Shown here piece by piece: positions 63,518-64,000 of a DNA stretch of 64,000 nucleotides. The notes under the pieces are model-generated. The model saw only the letters and a list, made by a program, of their open reading frames with translations, was not told the DNA's origin and ran no database searches. Source of the stretch: Thermoplasmata archaeon (lineage in GTDB: Archaea > Thermoplasmatota > Thermoplasmata > Lutacidiplasmatales > UBA184); assembly GCA_021819135.1 (NCBI GenBank), contig JAKASE010000008.1, positions 3,243-67,242 of the forward strand, read 5' to 3'. Position 1 is the first letter of the stretch; every line of letters begins with the position of its first letter. The translations under genes and the position numbers were made by a program.

Positions 63518-64000
63518 GTGACGCGGGCGCGGGGCATTTCCCTCGTGATCGTTCTTTGTCTGGTCGGACCTCTCGTTGCAGGAAGTACGGCTACCGTCGC
63601 CGCGTCTTCCTCGGCCCTCCACGCCCCCGTACGGGGTTCTCCCGCCGTTCTTCCGGGCCCGGGGTCGTTCGCGTTCGTCGCCACCTTCGAGGACTTCGCC
63701 CTCGACGGGTGGACGGTGGTCACAGGGCCCGCCCACGTGGTCGGGACTCCGAGTTACAACGGAGAGCCCGCCCTACGCTCGGTCGCCACGGCGGGGTCTC
63801 AGATCGACCTCGCGGGGTCCTCGAGCGGCGTGATCGCCGGCGATCCGTTCGTCTCGTTCCAGGCGGACGTGCGGCCCGGGACCGGGTTCGGGTTCGTCGG
63901 TCTCGCCGGCGCGCTGGGCGGTCCCGTGGCGGTCGTGGGGGTCGGGTCCGGGCAGGTCTGGGCGGGGAGCGACCCGACGCACGCGACGGCGGTGGAGCCG
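63518..64000 (+). CDS. N-terminal part of a secreted protein, truncated by the window edge
   Basis: From the GTG at 63518 the frame stays open to the window end, so it is absent from the track. It has a signal peptide (ISLVIVLCLVGPLVAGSTATVAA), followed by a beta-rich domain (FAFVATFEDFALDGWTVVTG...). Third positions are GC-rich. Confidence 0.5.
   Translation, partial: MTRARGISLVIVLCLVGPLVAGSTATVAASSSALHAPVRGSPAVLPGPGSFAFVATFEDFALDGWTVVTGPAHVVGTPSYNGEPALRSVATAGSQIDLAGSSSGVIAGDPFVSFQADVRPGTGFGFVGLAGALGGPVAVVGVGSGQVWAGSDPTHATAVEP

Noticed and set aside
1-64000. CRISPR arrays, IS elements, integrases, prophage genes and rRNA genes.
   Set aside because: I saw no regularly spaced direct repeats, no transposase, integrase or recombinase motifs, and no rRNA-like sequence while reading both strands. 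The only repeats are short tandem or inverted elements in promoters and terminators (for example CCGAG x3 at about 61225-61245 and CCAGTCTC x2 at about 56524-56555).

Overview
This is a very GC-rich, densely coding archaeal chromosome segment. The archaeal hallmarks are TATA-binding protein, Orc1/Cdc6, aIF-1A, an RPA pair, Bud32, a class I CCA-adding enzyme and a two-domain protein disulfide oxidoreductase. I could support about 65 protein genes. Many long ORFs in the track are Arg/Pro/Gly-rich antisense or out-of-frame artefacts of the high GC content, and I did not call them.

The content is mostly housekeeping and central metabolism:
- lipA, pdxS, pyrF, acnA, tmk, nnr and alaX.
- An acyl-CoA/beta-oxidation-type gene set in two blocks, with ETF.
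- Two DHA2-type MFS pumps with MarR and a universal stress protein.
- A ThiBPQ-like ABC importer.

Features that are not in the ORF track:
- A clear TPP (THI-box) riboswitch at about 48016-48118, in front of the ABC importer.
- A roughly 260-340 nt ORF-free, helix-rich interval (58060-58405) that looks like a structured RNA. It has RNase P-like motifs, but I could not complete a canonical P4, so its identity and strand are unresolved.
- Several small ORFs under 60 aa, including a classical C2H2 zinc-finger mini-protein (5768-5938) and a coiled-coil ORF translationally coupled to a NUDIX gene.

The most accessory-looking stretch is about 56.5-60.4 kb. It has atypically AT-rich third codon positions. 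It contains a divergent pair (membrane protein and secreted beta-rich protein) with tandem palindromes on the TATA box, the RNA candidate, and a 657-aa orphan coiled-coil protein.

I found no CRISPR array, tRNA, rRNA, transposase or integrase. All family assignments come from motif recognition by eye. No HMM, BLAST or covariance-model searches were run, and start codons are often uncertain because GTG/TTG starts and 4-nt overlaps are common here.
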